64,000 nt of DNA from Octopus vulgaris (GCA_951406725.2 OX597832.1:37138001-37202000), one strand, 5' to 3'. Shown: positions 1 to 15,015, numbered from the stretch's first letter. Notes: generated by a model from the letters alone, not told the origin. Made by a program: numbers and translations.

Positions 1-2270
1 CTTTCACCACTTGACAACCAGTGTTGGTTTACGTCCCTGTAACTTAGCAGTTCAGCAAAAGAGACAGAAAAAACAAGTACTAGGCTTAAAAAACAAAATA
101 TAAGTACTAGAGTCGATTCATTTAACTAAAACTTTTTCAAGGCAGTGCCCCAGCATGGTCGCAGTCTAATGATGGAAACGAGTAATATAAAAGAAGACAC
201 CAGTCAAGCACTGGTATCAATTCTTCCATCCTTTTCCCCATGTTGTCTTATTCTCTCTCTCCATTTCTCTCTTTCTTTCTGCAAGAAGTCAACCATGGTT
301 TGATCTGAAGAGGGACAGGCTTTGCCAAGTTTAAAATACCCTTAATACAGTGCATGATATAATGACATCCCTCTGAGTTTGCTGATTATATCAGTCCCAG
401 TGCTATACTTGTACTTATTTCATTGATCCTGAATTTGAACTCAGAATATAAAGAGCCAGAAGAAGTGGTGCTTACCGTTTCTTTCATAATCCCAGCCAGC
501 TAACTGAAATACTTAGAAGAAACAAGAAACTGTGTGGGGGTAAGATGAGGGTAGTTACATGAAGTAAATGGGTGAGATCAACAATAATAAGGAAGACACA
601 TTAATTAGTAGGATTTACCTGTATGGTTTTAATTAGATTTAAATGTATCAAGTTACACTTTTAACTTTTCATTAACCTGAGGCCTGTCCTGTTCAAGCAG
701 ACCTATTTCCAAAAGTATTCAGATTTTGACCATTTAGTCATAGTATATCTAAAACTACTCTAGTGTGTTTGTTCTATTTTTCTTAAAATGCTATGGTAAA
801 ATTTCAGGAAGGTTTTAGCTGCTATTTCTAGAAGGCAAACTGACAGCACAGATCCTCCCTTATAGACTATAAAAACACTATTCTTATTTTGTGGCATCAT
901 CAATATTTCTATCACAAAGCTCCTAACCCACTTTGTTGATATAAACTGACTTTCAAATAAGCAAATATCTAAACAAACAGATCATATCATGTGATTCTGA
1001 ACAATTGTTTTGTCTAAACACTTGAGACAATCAGTTTGGTCTTTAATGACACTTTTCAACCAGCCAAACTATCTGATTCCCAATCAATAAGTTCTACTAA
1101 TCAATAATGAACTAATTAATGCTTAACGATAGTTCACATGAAATGCCAGACGGTTTGATTCCTGGAAACAATTAGTCTTAAACATACAGATACTCTGATC
1201 CTTTTTGAAGATTTGGATCTTTAACATTCCAGTCAGTAGGTTTATTCCCAATACTCTGAACGTCTGGAGTGTTATCTATCAACATCTCAACAACACTTGG
1301 ACAACAAACATCAATTGTAGCCAAAAAGAGATGAATTATTGGGGAAATAATCCAGCATGGCCTTGTTAATAAATATATTGCGGGCACAAGTATAAGGATG
1401 GGCCCAGGAACAGGGGGTGCAAGCACACTCCCTAGAATTTTTGTGGGGGCGTAAGATCAAAATTCACACTCCTACTTACTTTTCTCAGATTTAGAAAACA
1501 GTAAAAAGTAGCTTGAAGTAGGTTTCTTTTCAAAGTACAAAGAACAAAAATAGATAAAAAGACCTTGTTTGTAAAAAAATTCTGGACCTGGGTTTGCATC
1601 CACTAAGCAAATTTCATTCCCAAGCCAATGGGTGTGATTGTCTCAAGTGTTTAGACAAAACAATTTGCTTCCCAACCCCACCAGAAGCAAAATAGGGGTG
1701 TACTTGGGTTTTTGGGGAGAGAATGCAGCTTCTTAATTCCTGCGTTGCTAAATGATCTCAGTATCTGGGAGAAAAAAAAAGTGCAGGACCTTCTAACCCT
1801 TTTGATATCAACCTGCCTGAAACTGCACCTAGTTTTATGATAAAAATTCAATATTTTAAAGTGGTCTAGATTAAGATGTCCTTCAATATTTCCTGTTAAT
1901 TTGTATTCCAGACACCAGAATAATAATGACAAAGTTATTTTAATAAACTCTTCGTTATTTCCCAAATTAATTGAAACTCAGGCAACTCAAGGCAACTCAG
2001 ACAGATGTTGACTTACTTCACTCCATATCTGTTTGCATGAATTTAAAATATAGTGTTGTTTATTTTGTGTCCATTTATGTCTTGTAATTTAGAAGTTCAA
2101 CAAACAGAAGTTGATAGAATTAGTACAAGGGTGAATATAATTGATTAAACCCCTGGATGTAGTGCACTACCAAGGCTACAATCCAATGACCGAACATAGT
2201 AAAACAATTAAAACAATGCACTTTAACCTATAAATATGAATAGTGTAAATTATAGAAACTAATTAATTAA

Positions 2271-2489
2271 CCCTTTAGTATTTAAATTGGCCATATCCGG
2301 CCAAAATATTTAATCTGTTTTATGTTCAAACTGACCAGATCCAGGCTCTCACACCTACCCTACAATGTTATTCTACATTAAGTAATTACACCATCAAGAT
2401 CTAGAAGATATGAGATAATGCTTGATTAATTCAAATCAATGTGAATCAATTAGCAATATGTTTGATAGAATAATCAGAACACTAAATGG
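2271..2489. mobile_element. piggyBac-type non-autonomous element (MITE)
   Basis: TTAA-CCCTTTAG ... CTAAATGG-TTAA termini; a second diverged copy of the same ~220 bp sequence lies at 33782-34002. Confidence 0.75.
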
Positions 2490-2745
2490 TTAATTAGTTC
2501 TTTATTAAATAAATAAAACATAATTATCAAGAATTTGTACTCAGAATTTCATTTCGGATTTTTCTTGTTTTTTAAACTATGATTTTATTTTTCCATGGCA
2601 CATATACTTATGCTATTACATATGCCAACTATATCTCATGGCACATCACTCTACATCTTATGACTCCTTTGCTATAAGTTTTGGCATGCCTGGCTACAAT
2701 TTCTAAGGAACCTAGTTACCACAGTGACATACCAATGGTTTAGAC

Positions 2746-3052
2746 CAGTGGTTCTCAACTGGGGTGCATATGGTCCCCGAAAATCCATACACGATTTTTG
2801 AGGTCCATGTAAATTGAGGATACACAATAGTATATTTATGGCCCTTAAAAAAAATTTTGCTTTAGGTGTATGTATTGTGAGAGACAGCTAGGTTTTTATC
2901 TTTAACATTTTACATGGTTCAACCTACATAAGTTAGTGTGTGAAAAACAATTAAGGAATTTTGGAAAAAGGTATCTATAAACCTAGTTTTTAAACATCGA
3001 ATAAAACAGTGATCAAAGGGATCCATTCATAAAAAATGGTTGAGAACCCCTG
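2746..3052. mobile_element. hAT-type MITE
   Basis: TIRs CAGTGGTTCTCAAC / GTTGAGAACCCCTG; flanking 8-mers GTTTAGAC and CTTTAGAC (7/8 identical TSD). Confidence 0.85.
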
Positions 3053-3186
3053 CTTTAGACAAATTGAACCAATAAAAGACCCTCGAAATGATTGCTTGAC
3101 CTACTAGAAATGATAGCCAGATCACTCTCAAATAACACCTTCCTATCTTAAAAATGGAACTACATTGAATAATGTAGTTCTAGGTA

Positions 3187-3344
3187 GGCACAGGCTGTGT
3201 GGTAAGAAGCTTGCTTCCCAACCACATGGTTCTGGGTTCAGTCCTGTTGCATGGCACCTTGGGCAAGTATCTTCTACTATAGCTTTGGGCCAACCAAAAC
3301 CTTGTGAGTGGTTTTGGTAGATGGAAACTGAATGAAACCTATTG

Positions 3345-3386
<42 letters not shown>

Positions 3387-3592
3387 AATATGTGTGAGTG
3401 TGTGTGTGTGTCTCTCTCTTTGTCCTCTTTTTTACTGCTTGACAACCAGTGTTGGTGTGTTTACATCCCTGTAACTTGGCAGTTCAGCAAAAAAGACTGG
3501 TAGAATAAGTACCAGACACTGGGGTTGATTCATTCGACTAAAATGGTGATGCCCCAGCATGGCCGCAGTCTAATGACTGAAACAAGCAAAAA
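3187..3592 (+). mobile_element. SINE family A (tRNA-like head, internal (TA)/(TG)n, ends ...GACTGAAACAAG)
   Basis: GGCTGTGTGGTAAGAAGCTTGCTTCCCAACCACATGGTT...GGTTCAGTCC (A/B-box-like) ... CAGCATGGCCGCAGTC; the same sequence recurs more than 12 times in the window. Confidence 0.8.
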
Positions 3593-3781
3593 ATAAACGA
3601 TATTATTTTCTGAATAAAACGATGAACTGGCTGCAAAAAAGAATCCAGTCTGCTCAGTCTGGACTGACCCAGGGCTAAAAAACAACATCAGAGAATTGTA
3701 CTCCAGTTAAAGAAAAAATATTTAAAGCAAAAATATAGAGAGGAGGAGTAAGAGGAGGCTAAGAGGAAGACAGAGAGAGTA

Positions 3782-3822
<41 letters not shown>

Positions 3823-4199
3823 CCCCCAATGGATTTTCAAAAATAGTTAAATTAACGTTGACACATTTTCTTCTTTTTCTTCCTTCAGCTAATTATTTCT
3901 AATTTGGTTTCTATTGATTTCTCGAAGACATGTGAGAACTATTCCACACTGAGTTTCTAACCATTTCTCCAAGAACTGCCAACAGTATTTCTAACCAAAC
4001 ATCTTTGTGAGGCAGTTAGAAACATTCTATACGCTTGCTATATATATCCTCTTGTACAGAATGTTCTGTCTGATTTTTCAGAATTCATTTAAAAGTGCAA
4101 TCCTAATCTTTCCTACTGCATATTTAATCATCTATATAATTTCTTTCACTTTCTATCATTTTTCCCCATCTATTTGTAAGTTTTGAATGTCTGATCACT

Positions 4200-5330
4200 A
4201 AATGCTTTTCTCTATTTTAAATGTTTTTGCTAAGAGGAATTCAGATGGAGCTAGGTCTGAATAATGCAGAGTGTTTGGCGTTCTTCCTCATTTGAATGAT
4301 TTCAGATCATTTTTAGTGGCTTGTACAGTGTGAGGTCAAGCGTTATCTTGATGAAAGGGAAACTCCAGCTATTCATTAAGGCAGGATGCTTTCTATCCAA
4401 AGCAATATTCAAATGGGGAAGCTACCTCTAGTAATTGTTTGATTTTTGCCCTGAAAGTTCATAATCAATAATTCCTTTCATATCCCACCAAACACTCAAT
4501 AAAATGTTCTTTGAGTGAGGCCCTCCTTGTGAATGTGGCTCAAGTTTTTAATTTAAGATTAGTCATCATTGCTGTCACTTTTGCCATCATCATTGTCATG
4601 GTCATCACCATCATCACCATCATCATCATTATTAACGCTTGTGTTCCATGCTGGAATGGACTGGATGGTTTGACAAGATCTGATGTGTCCAAGGATTGCA
4701 TTGTGCTCCAAGGTCTGTTTAGGTATGGTTTCTACAACTGGGTACCCTTCCTAATGCCAATCACTTTATAGTATGGACTGGGTGCTTTTTTCATGCCATC
4801 TGGTCCTATGCAGCTCACTGAACTACAAATCTTGGGGATTAGGGTCAGCTTCATGCTAATGGATGAAATTTTTGAACTATGAGAAGTGGGGGTAGCAAAG
4901 CAGATTGTTGCAGAGGATCTGCATAACTACTCACATTTGGTAGGGAAGCCATACACTCAATATTGCAGTAAAGTTTCAATTTCTCATCTCCAGCCATGAC
5001 CTTATTTAAAAATGGTGCTTGGAGTTTATTTGTATCAAACAGGTCACAGCTCTGAAGTTTTTGCTGATGATTTGTTATTGAAAGAGCATGAGAACCCCAT
5101 TTTCCTGATGTTGAAACCTAATGTTCATAACACTAACATTAAATTCAGTAGAAAGCTCTCTCTCACTGTCACATTGGGATATTCTGCAATTCTTGCCTCT
5201 GGCATTCTGTCATCCAGTTCAGAGAATGTTGTTACCTAGGATCATCAAACAAATTCCAATTGCCATATCTGAATTTTTCAAACTAAATCTGCAAAATCTT
5301 TCATTCACTGCATCTAGACCATAATTCTTT
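4200..5330 (-). pseudogene. Degenerate mariner transposase, interrupted by a SINE-like insert (~4600-4950)
   Basis: Minus-strand translation gives mariner motifs: GKWGSHAL (WVPHEL-like), FLNKVMA..DEK, LLSVWWDMKG, FHQDNA*PHT, YSDLAPSEF; stops and frameshifts. Confidence 0.8.
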
Positions 5331-5794
5331 CTTTTTTTTGAACAGTGTTGGCCAAAGCATGGCACATATATGTTCTTTGCCTATTTTCTGGGTGTTTCAA
5401 ATAGAAAATTCATGTATCAAGGTACGGTTGTTGCTCTATGGGAACCGTCCATGAAAGGATTATGCATCAGTGACTGCCGCCAATACTTACAGGTTTTGCA
5501 GAAACAGGTTTCAACAAGTTCAAACTTGTAATCGATTCAAACTTTCTGTGCTACCTGATATCATCTTTATTATTGTTTCAATGTTGACTTTCCAGAGTTC
5601 ATTGAGGCAGATTTTTCTATGGTTGGACGCTCTTTCTGTCACCAACCCTTATCTGTTTCCATGCCAAGTAACATGTCTCCATGGCCAGACATGGTTTTAC
5701 ACAATATTAGAAAATGAAGGACACTGCTTTTATGACACTAACACTCATTTACAACTACCACACTATGTCAAAACAGGAAGACACAAGCATATTT

Positions 5795-5828
<34 letters not shown>

Positions 5829-5842
5829 ACACACACACACGC

Positions 5843-5882
<40 letters not shown>

Positions 5883-6679
5883 CTTTCAGTTTGTGTCTAC
5901 TGAATCCACCCACAAGCCTTTAGCCAGCTTGGGGCTATAGATAAAGACACTTGACCAGGGTGCCACACAGTGGGACTGAACCTAAAAACCGCGTGGTTGG
6001 ATAAACACTAGTAGACAAGTAAGAATTCCAGCAGATGAATTCAACTCCACACAGGCAACTCTCAGACTACCATCCTCAGTATTATCTCCATGTACTTATA
6101 CAAAATGGCTATTTCTAGCAATGTCCCTTTTTATACTGCTTCACCCCAAAATTTCACCCCAACTGACATTAAAAACAATTATTATATTTTGATCCTTCTA
6201 GCTTCACTTTCAAACTGTGTCAACATTGATTGTTCATCTGACCACCTTTATGTTGCCGTCTTGTCATATACCTGTGTTTGTTTCAGTCAGTTTTCTCTCA
6301 GGTGTTAGCCTCGTGCTAAACTTGGAAATCATTACAAATCCAACAACATAAGTTAAATATAATAAAAACTAAAAGCTAAACAAAAAAAAAAAGCCTACCA
6401 ACCAATCAATTGATTAATTAACTGATCGCTCCAACTTGGATAAGTTGATAGATCAATAGATTGATTACTTTAATTCTTTTGTTTGGACTAGAATCTACCT
6501 GATTAATCAAAGGGTGGGAAAAATTAAATAAGAAAAGACTTAAGGCCACAGCATGAAAACTTGTTGGTAGAAATCAACAGGAGTGGACATGTTGTGGACA
6601 GCTGATAAAAGACAGAACTGTCCGTTGGCCAAACCTGTTCAAATAGGGACATTGGGTACTTCACACACAATACTAGATA

Positions 6680-6681
<2 letters not shown>

Positions 6682-6714
<33 letters not shown>

Positions 6715-6737
6715 GGAACTGAACACATACATACATA

Positions 6738-6787
<50 letters not shown>

Positions 6788-6810
6788 GGAACTGCACACA
6801 TACATACATA

Positions 6811-6862
<52 letters not shown>

Positions 6863-6960
6863 GGAACTGCACACATACATTCACACACTCATGCTCTCTC
6901 CACTTGTATAAATGCACACATACACACACACACACAAATGAACTACATACATACAATCAC
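6682..6960. repeat. Compound minisatellite: (CA)n tracts punctuated by CAAAGGAACTG(A/C)ACACATACAT
   Basis: The motif recurs at about 6711, 6784, 6859 and (variant) 6934, roughly 74-bp spacing. Confidence 0.8.
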
Positions 6961-8032
6961 TCTCATGCTCTCTCCGCAGGTATGAATGCGCGCGCGCACA
7001 CACACACACACACACAGAGGGTTGTGTATGTATGGGTGACTCTATGACAACACCCAAATGCACATCTTATTGACTTCGTTTAAAACTTATTTCACATTAA
7101 GCGCCGTGAGGACGGCACTGCCAATAAAGTCTCGGGTGCCACACCAGGCATTATTCTTTGTTTATCCAAAGTTGATTTCTTTGTTCAAAGAATGATGCCA
7201 TCCACAATTTTCCTCTGATCTTTTATCTTTTATTTGTTTCAGTCATTAGACTGTGGCCATGCTGGGGCACTGCCTTAAAGAATTTTTAGTTGAAGAAATC
7301 AGCTTCAGTACTTAATTTTTTATAAAGCCTGCTACTTAGTCTTTTGGTCTCTATCGCTGAACCATGTGTGTGTGCATGTGTGTGTGTGTGTGTGTGTGTG
7401 CTTGTGTCCTTGTCTTGGCCTCGTGTTGTTGTTGTTGTTGTAAAGGAGCATCACAGTCATTCAAACAGGAGAAGGAAGCCCTTCCTGCATTACATTATTT
7501 CACATTATTTCAATATGACGAAGGGACACATTACTAGGAATAGCCATTTTGCATATGTACATGGAGATGACATTGAGGCTGGCACTTTGAGAGTTTTGTT
7601 GCCCGTGTGGAGTTGAATTCATCTGCTGGAATTTTTACAGAACCATCTTAGTTGTGGGAAAGTGGCAGCTAAATTGATTCTATCAAATGAAGAGTGGAAA
7701 TTCTTTTATCAGTTTTTTTATTTATTTTAATGGCTTAGTCAGAGGAAGAAGGGTGACTCTTTTCAGGGTCTCTGAGTTGGGTAAGAGGAATGAAGGAGTA
7801 GTAGGAGGGAGGGAGTGGTAGGGGAAATAAGTGGAGTAAACCTGATATTGGAGACTTGACGTGAAGGGTTGCAACAGAATGGAATCTGCCAAAAGCAAAC
7901 AAAGACCAAGTTGGGGTTTAAAACGCAATTAGAGAGATACAAACTTCTTGGGTAACCAATCTTTCTTGTGAAATCAGGCTTTGAAATGGCTTTGAAACAA
8001 CACCAGATAAAAATGTCAAAAATATAAGTACA

Positions 8033-8375
8033 AGCATGGCTGTGTGGTTGAGAAGCTCACTTTGCAACCATGTGGTTTTGGGTTCAGTCCCACTACATGG
8101 CACCTTGGGTGAGTGTCTTTTGCTATAGCGCTGAGTTGACCAAAGTTTAGCGAGTAAATTTGGTTTATGGGAACTGTGTGGAACTCCATCATGTGTGTAT
8201 GCGTTTATGTTTGTCCCCCTCCACTGTTGTAGTTTGTTTATGTCACTATAACTTTGTGGTTCAGCGAAAGAGACTGATAGAATAAGTACCAGAAATAAGA
8301 AAATAGGTGAAACCTTCAAGGTGGTGCTCTAGCATGGCCTCAGCCCAATGACTAAGATAAGTAAAAGATAAAAGA
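8033..8375 (+). mobile_element. SINE family A
   Basis: Same head/core/tail as 3187-3592, CpG-decayed. Confidence 0.75.
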
Positions 8376-9557
8376 TATATGAGTTAACCAGGGAACCTTT
8401 ATGTTGTTGCTTGAGCTATTGAAAAAAACAGCCAAATCTCCCTCAAATCTTTTTAAAAATGAGGACATGTTGGATAATGTAGTATTAGAATATTTGTTTA
8501 AAAGATGGTTTTATGATGGTTGGAATCTGTTCCATTGCTGATGATCTGAGACTGAATAAAAACAACAGTGAAAAAACTAAACTCTCAGAACTGACCACCT
8601 CTACTTAAAAAAAACTGCCAATATCAAGGACAGCTTTATGTTACTGTGTCATGAGCCAGACGTACAAGTAACATTTACCATTATTATCAAGAGGAATGTC
8701 AGATTTGACAGCCAACAAGAATCTCTATCAATAATTCTGTTTAGAAAGTTTGATTTGGTAAATTATTGGCAGTATTTGATTTCCTGATTTAATTATCGTT
8801 ATTGAAGTTTTTGCATTGTAATTTTTGTTTGGTTAATTTCTTTGCTCTTTTGTTAATTAAGATGTTTCTTTAAGATTTATCTGAATTCACATCAATATAT
8901 CTATCAGGTTAATATGCTGTAGTGGAAGACAAGGTCAGGAGACAAGACTCCATTTCTTCAGTTGTTTATTCATTCTTGCTGTGCTCTACTTCATTATATA
9001 TCCATGAACAATATGTATATTGTATAGTTTTCTTGTCTCTCATTTCAGCTTTGGTTAAGTTAGACTTTGTTGATGAGGCTTAATAAGATCGAAACATGTC
9101 TAGAGTTATTACTGTACCACTATATACTCCTACTCCACTCTCATACACAAGTCCTTTACTTGTTTCAGTCATTGGACTGTGGCCATGCTGGGATTTGCTC
9201 TTACTATTTATTTTTTTTTTTTGTTTTTTGTTTTTTAAAGTCTGGTACTTATTCTATTGGTTTCTTTTCCTGAACTGCAAAATCACAGGACATAAACAAA
9301 CCAACACTGGTTGTCATTGGTAGGGGTACAAACACAAAGGTACACACACACATATGTATATATATGTATGTGTGTGTGTGTCATCATCAAAATTATCATC
9401 ATTTAACATGCGTTCTCTTTGCTGGCATGGGTTGGACGGTTTGATAGGGGCTGGCAAGCCAGGGGACTGCACCAAGCTTGGCTGTCTGTTTCGGCATGGT
9501 TTTTACATCTGGATGCCCTTCCTAATGCCAGCCACTTTAAAGACTTTACTGGGTGCT

Positions 9558-9855
9558 CTTAATGTAGAGCTGGTACTGGTGAGGTCTGTTTTAGAATGGT
9601 TTCTATAGCTGGATGACCTTCCTAGCACCGACCACTTTACAGAGTGGACTGAGTGCCTTTCTTATGTGGCACCATCATCAGCAGGCTCACTAAGATCCTT
9701 TGAGAGCTTAATGTAGAGCTGGTACTGGTGAGGTCTGTTTTAGAATGGTTTCTATAGCTGGATGACCTTCCTAGCACCGACCACTTTACAGAGTGGACTG
9801 AGTGCCTTTCTTATGTGGCACCATCATCAGCAGGCTCACTAAGATCCTTTGAGAG
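9558..9855. repeat. 149-bp direct tandem duplication inside a SINE-like repeat
   Basis: 9558-9706 and 9707-9855 read identical (CTTAATGTAGAGCTGG...GATCCTTTGAGAG). Confidence 0.9.
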
Positions 9856-10431
9856 GTGGGGTGGTATTGGAGGAGGTGGCTTTGTGCCAGGTGATGAGAG
9901 GTTAGAGTATGACAGAGGGATGCAAACAGGTGTTTTACTGCAGAGGAGATACATGGTTATCCCATTCTGAGGGAGAGAGCGAGAGTGAGAGAGAGCAAAG
10001 GTGAAAAAGAGTGACAGAGAAGGTGGTGATATGCCAGGGCATACTCTTAAGGAACAGGGATGAGAATGTAAATAGAATGTTAGGGCACTGATGAGGGTGC
10101 ATGAATAGGGAGTTCACGTGAATGGAAAAAGGAGCTGAGAGGATGCAGTGACTGGTGAAACCTTAATATTGAGTGGGGACAACAGGGTAGCAATGATACA
10201 GTTGGCAGGGTGGGGAGGATTGGATTGGGGTACAGGAGTTGGGAGGGAGAGTTAAAGCATAGCGGAAATGTGAGGAAGGGGAGAAGGGGAGATATAGTCT
10301 GGTTTATTGAGGCAGGGTGTGTGAAAACTCAATGTCACATGTGGGTGGGACATGCAGTGCTCCCAGAACTCAGTTTCACTGAGGTAGATGGGTCTTCTCA
10401 AGAACCATATACATACATACATATATATATA

Positions 10432-10775
10432 TCATCATCATCATCGTTTAATGTCCGTTTTCCGCACTAGCATGGGTTGGACGGTTCGACCGGGGTCTAG
10501 GAAGCCAGGAGGCTGCACCAGGCTCCAGTCTGATCTGGCAGTGTTTCTACAGCTGGATGCCCTTCCTAACGCCAACCACTCCATGAGTGTAGTGGGTGCT
10601 TTTTACGTGCCACCGGCACAGGGTGCCAGGGGAGTCTGGCAGCGGCCACGATCGGTTGGTGCTTTTAACATGCCACCGGCACGGAAGCCAGTCAAGGCGG
10701 TGCTGGCATCGACCACGTTTGGATGGTGCTTTTTATGTGCCACCGGCACAGGTATCACAACTACTATTTCCATTG
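10432..10775 (-). mobile_element. SINE family C with (ATG)n tail
   Basis: (CAT)n-CGTTTAATGTCCG...CTGGATGCCCTTCCTAACGCCAACCAC; related copies at ~4620-4800, ~9395-9560 and (opposite strand) ~13225-13385. Confidence 0.7.
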
Positions 10776-11414
10776 ATATTTATTTCGATGTTCATGTATA
10801 TATATATTAATATATATCTTCTTAACCACACAGCTATGCCTTCACCATTAAATTATGGAAATATGTGGTAGTATGGATAATTAAACTTGTCACATATAGA
10901 GACATATTAGCTATAAATCTTTCTTTCTAATTTGAAGACTTGACAGATCATTCTATAGTTTAAGAGATCAAATTTCACCAGATCTCCCACACATTTAGTT
11001 ATCTGAATTGCATGATTCCAACCATTAAACCATTAAGTACATGTGGCTAATAACATCATTCAACACATGAGATATGATGCATTATCAGTCATATGTCTTA
11101 AATCTTAGATTCTGCTTTTAGAACAGTCTGACCAACATTGAGGGTAGGGATTCACCCAGGGGCGTATATTCTGGGTATGTGCTGCACATCCATTCAAAAT
11201 AGCAATTACATTATAAATATCGACCTGACTCGTTTCTTTAATCACTAATCTTAATGGAAAACTTTTGTTATACGCCTGCTTGAAATTTGGTGGCATTGGA
11301 TGTGGCAGCCACACCCAATACAACAACCCCCATATGCAACTGGATTCACCCTCCCTGTTTCTTGTTCATTTCCTCTCTCTCTCTCTCTCTCTTCCACCTT
11401 CATATCTTTCTTTT

Positions 11415-12070
11415 CTTCCTTTTACTTGTTTCAGTCATTCGCCAGAGGCCATGCTGGGGCACTGCCTTGAAGGATTTTAGTTGAACAAATCAACCCCAAG
11501 ACATTTTGCTTAAAGCCTAGTACTTATTCTTTCAGTATATTTTGCTGAACCACTAAGTTATGGGAACATAAACACACCAGTTGTCAAGCAGTGGTAGGTG
11601 CCAAACACACACACACACACACACACACACATGATCTGAAAGAAAAAGCACACTATGAGATGTAGAGCAGTGTAAATTAAAATTGGGGAAGGCCAGTTTA
11701 TGGGATTACCTTAGGTTTCCTGTCCATAAAGGGCTTAGCTTTGTGGTGTATTGTCAGATCCCCAAAACCTATTGGCCCATATTTTTAAGAGGTCACAGGC
11801 CAACAGGTTTTTGGGATCTGACGATATGCCATAAAGCTAAACCTTTTATGGATAGGAAACCTAAGATAATCCCATAAACTGGCCTTCCCCAATTTTAATG
11901 TATATATACGATGGGCTTCGTTAAGTTTCTGTCTACCAAATTCACTCAGAAGGCTTTAGTTGGCCAGAGGCTGTAGTAGAAGACACTTGCCCAAGGTTCC
12001 ATGCAGTGGGACTAAACCCATAACCATGTGATTAAGAAGCAAAGTTTTTACCACACAGCCATGCCTGCAC
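11415..12070 (-). mobile_element. SINE family A, interrupted at its internal microsatellite by a foldback element
   Basis: Reverse complement of the family A tail (11415-11610) and head (11905-12070). Confidence 0.75.
11675..11900. mobile_element. Foldback/MITE, ~102-bp near-perfect inverted arms, TA-flanked
   Basis: ATTAAAATTGGGGAAGGCCAGTTTATGGG... is the reverse complement of ...CCCATAAACTGGCCTTCCCCAATTTTAAT; ~20-nt spacer; TA on both sides. Confidence 0.85.
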
Positions 12071-12704
12071 CTATGCTAGGACCCTTTCAAACCAAATCTC
12101 TCTGTCCTTATTTCATCACTCTCCACCCCATTTCTCATCCACTGCTAACAATATTTTTGTTTTTCTCAACTCTGTTGAAGGCCAAGGACCCATAACTTTA
12201 GGCTTTCTATGTTTCACATCAGTCAAAATTATCAACATTTTATCAACGCTCTTTTGTCTGTAAACATATTTAATATTCCTGTGAAGAAACTCAATTTAAT
12301 AGAATGTTATCAGGAAACGGTCGGTCCATCAGGATTTTCATTCATGTAAAAGTTTCTTCACATCTGCTCCACTTATCTAATGAACTGCGAAGCATATGTA
12401 AAATATTTTCAGCTACAAAATGTTGCTTTTGATCTGAATGAGCTCCGGGATTAATCACACCATTTACCATTATTATGCGCGAATGTGGCTATGGCTGTGT
12501 GTACTTGAGAAATTGGTTTACAACGATATGTTCACAATAGCTTTGCGATCTAATGTGGTTGTCTGAACGAGTGTCTTCTATCAGGGCTTCAAGCTGACTG
12601 ATACCTGGTGATTGAAATTTCATAGATTACAGCTATGGAGAGGCATGTTGTGCAGTGTGTGTGCTTGTGTGTGTGTGTGTGTGTGCATATATTTACTGGT
12701 AGCA

Positions 12705-13030
12705 AAGGTGTATGGCTTAGTGGTTAGGGCATTTGGCTCATGATTGTAAGGTCATCAGTTCGATTCCAGGCAGCAATTCATTGTGTCCTTGAGCAAGACA
12801 CTTTATTTCACTTTATTGCTCCAGTCCACTCAGCTGGCAAATATGAGTTATACCTGTAATTCACAAGGGGACCTGCCTTGTCACATTCTGTATGTCACGC
12901 TGATTCTGCCCGGGAACCATTTTAAGAATATTCATGTCTGTGGAGTACTCAACCACCATTAATTTCACAAGTAAGCTGTTCCATTGATTGGAGCAACTAG
13001 AACCCTATTCATCGTAAACTACAGATTGCC
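12705..13030 (+). mobile_element. tRNA-derived SINE family D
   Basis: TGGCTTAGTGGTTAG (A box) ... AGTTCGATTCC (B box) ... GTCCTTGAGCAAGACACTT; second copy at 21425-21740. Confidence 0.75.
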
Positions 13031-13662
13031 AGTTTATTTACTGCTAACGAAGCCACTTAATAAACAAAAATTAATAAAATAATCCTTTCCACTATAAGCA
13101 CAAGGTTTGAAATTCTTGGGGTAGGAGGTTAATTGATTATATCGACCCCAGTACTCAACTGGTACTTATTTTATCATCCCTGACGGTCTAAAAGGTGAAG
13201 TCAATCTTGGGGCAGAATTTGAGAAGTGGTTGGCATTAGGAAGGGCATCCAGCGATAGGAATCAAGCCAAAAGTTGACAGTCAAACATGATGCAGTCCTT
13301 AGACCTATCAGATCCTGTCAAACCATCAAACCCATGCCAGGATGGAATATGGATATTTAATAGTGGTGATGATGATGATGATGATGAAAATATGTATCAA
13401 GAGACAAAGAGAGTACCTGTATATGGTTACTCTATCAGCTAAAAATAGCAGTCAAATTTCTCAAATTTCTCCCTACTTTTTTTTTAAAAAGAAAGATGAA
13501 TTGGATAATGTTGTTAATAGATAATTCTAAAAAAATGGTATGGTCACAACTGGAACATCTTTGATCATAGATTGGCATGATCAAGGTTGACCAGGTACTA
13601 AACAACAAAACATGAGAGTAATTTTGTGATTATTCAGGGTTAAAAGGTACATTAATGAGAGA

Positions 13663-13704
<42 letters not shown>

Positions 13705-14329
13705 GAGCACTCATTGATTGAACCTCTGCTCTGTTGTTGATATTTCAATGTCTTCGAAGGTGGTGAGCAGGTAGAATTGTTATTGTGCCTGGCATGTTCT
13801 GAATTTAAATTCTGCCAAAGTCAACTCTGCCTATCATCTTTTAGTACCCATTGAGCACTGGGGTTAATATAATCAACTTACACCATCCTCCAAAATTGCT
13901 GGCCTTGTGCCAAAACTTGAAGCCAATATTTCTTGTCCCTTAGAGTTGCATATATTCTGCTGCCATTCTAAGACACTTTTTTCAAGACGAACAGACATAT
14001 CTACACCTTCCCTCCACTCACACACACACCTACACACATGACACATCACATACACACATACATGCTTATATACATACACACAAATTATGACTCTAATTCT
14101 GTCTCACATCTCTCTGTCAATTTAAACACCTACTCATTTCGTTCTTCCTACATTTAATATATTATTCCAATTGATTTATGATTATAACAACCTCCTCCAT
14201 TAAATTTTTCCTTTTATTCAAAACCCAGACAAATGAAGCAAACCATATTTTATACATTTCTGCTGAACGCTTGGCCATAAGCATCGCATCTGTAATAATT
14301 TTCTTTAATTCAATGCTACCATCTTTTAT

Positions 14330-15015
<686 letters not shown>

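Noticed and set aside
1178-1330. Minus-strand exon-like peptide DNTPDVQSIGNKPTDWNVKDPNLQKGSEYL
   Set aside because: Weak acceptor and no recognisable family; cannot be supported.
6682-6960. Regularly spaced motif resembling a CRISPR array
   Set aside because: Spacers are plain (CA)n, the context is eukaryotic and there are no cas genes.
7918-8319. 133-aa ORF with apparent signal peptide
   Set aside because: Antisense translation of a family A SINE; similar peptides recur wherever the SINE occurs.
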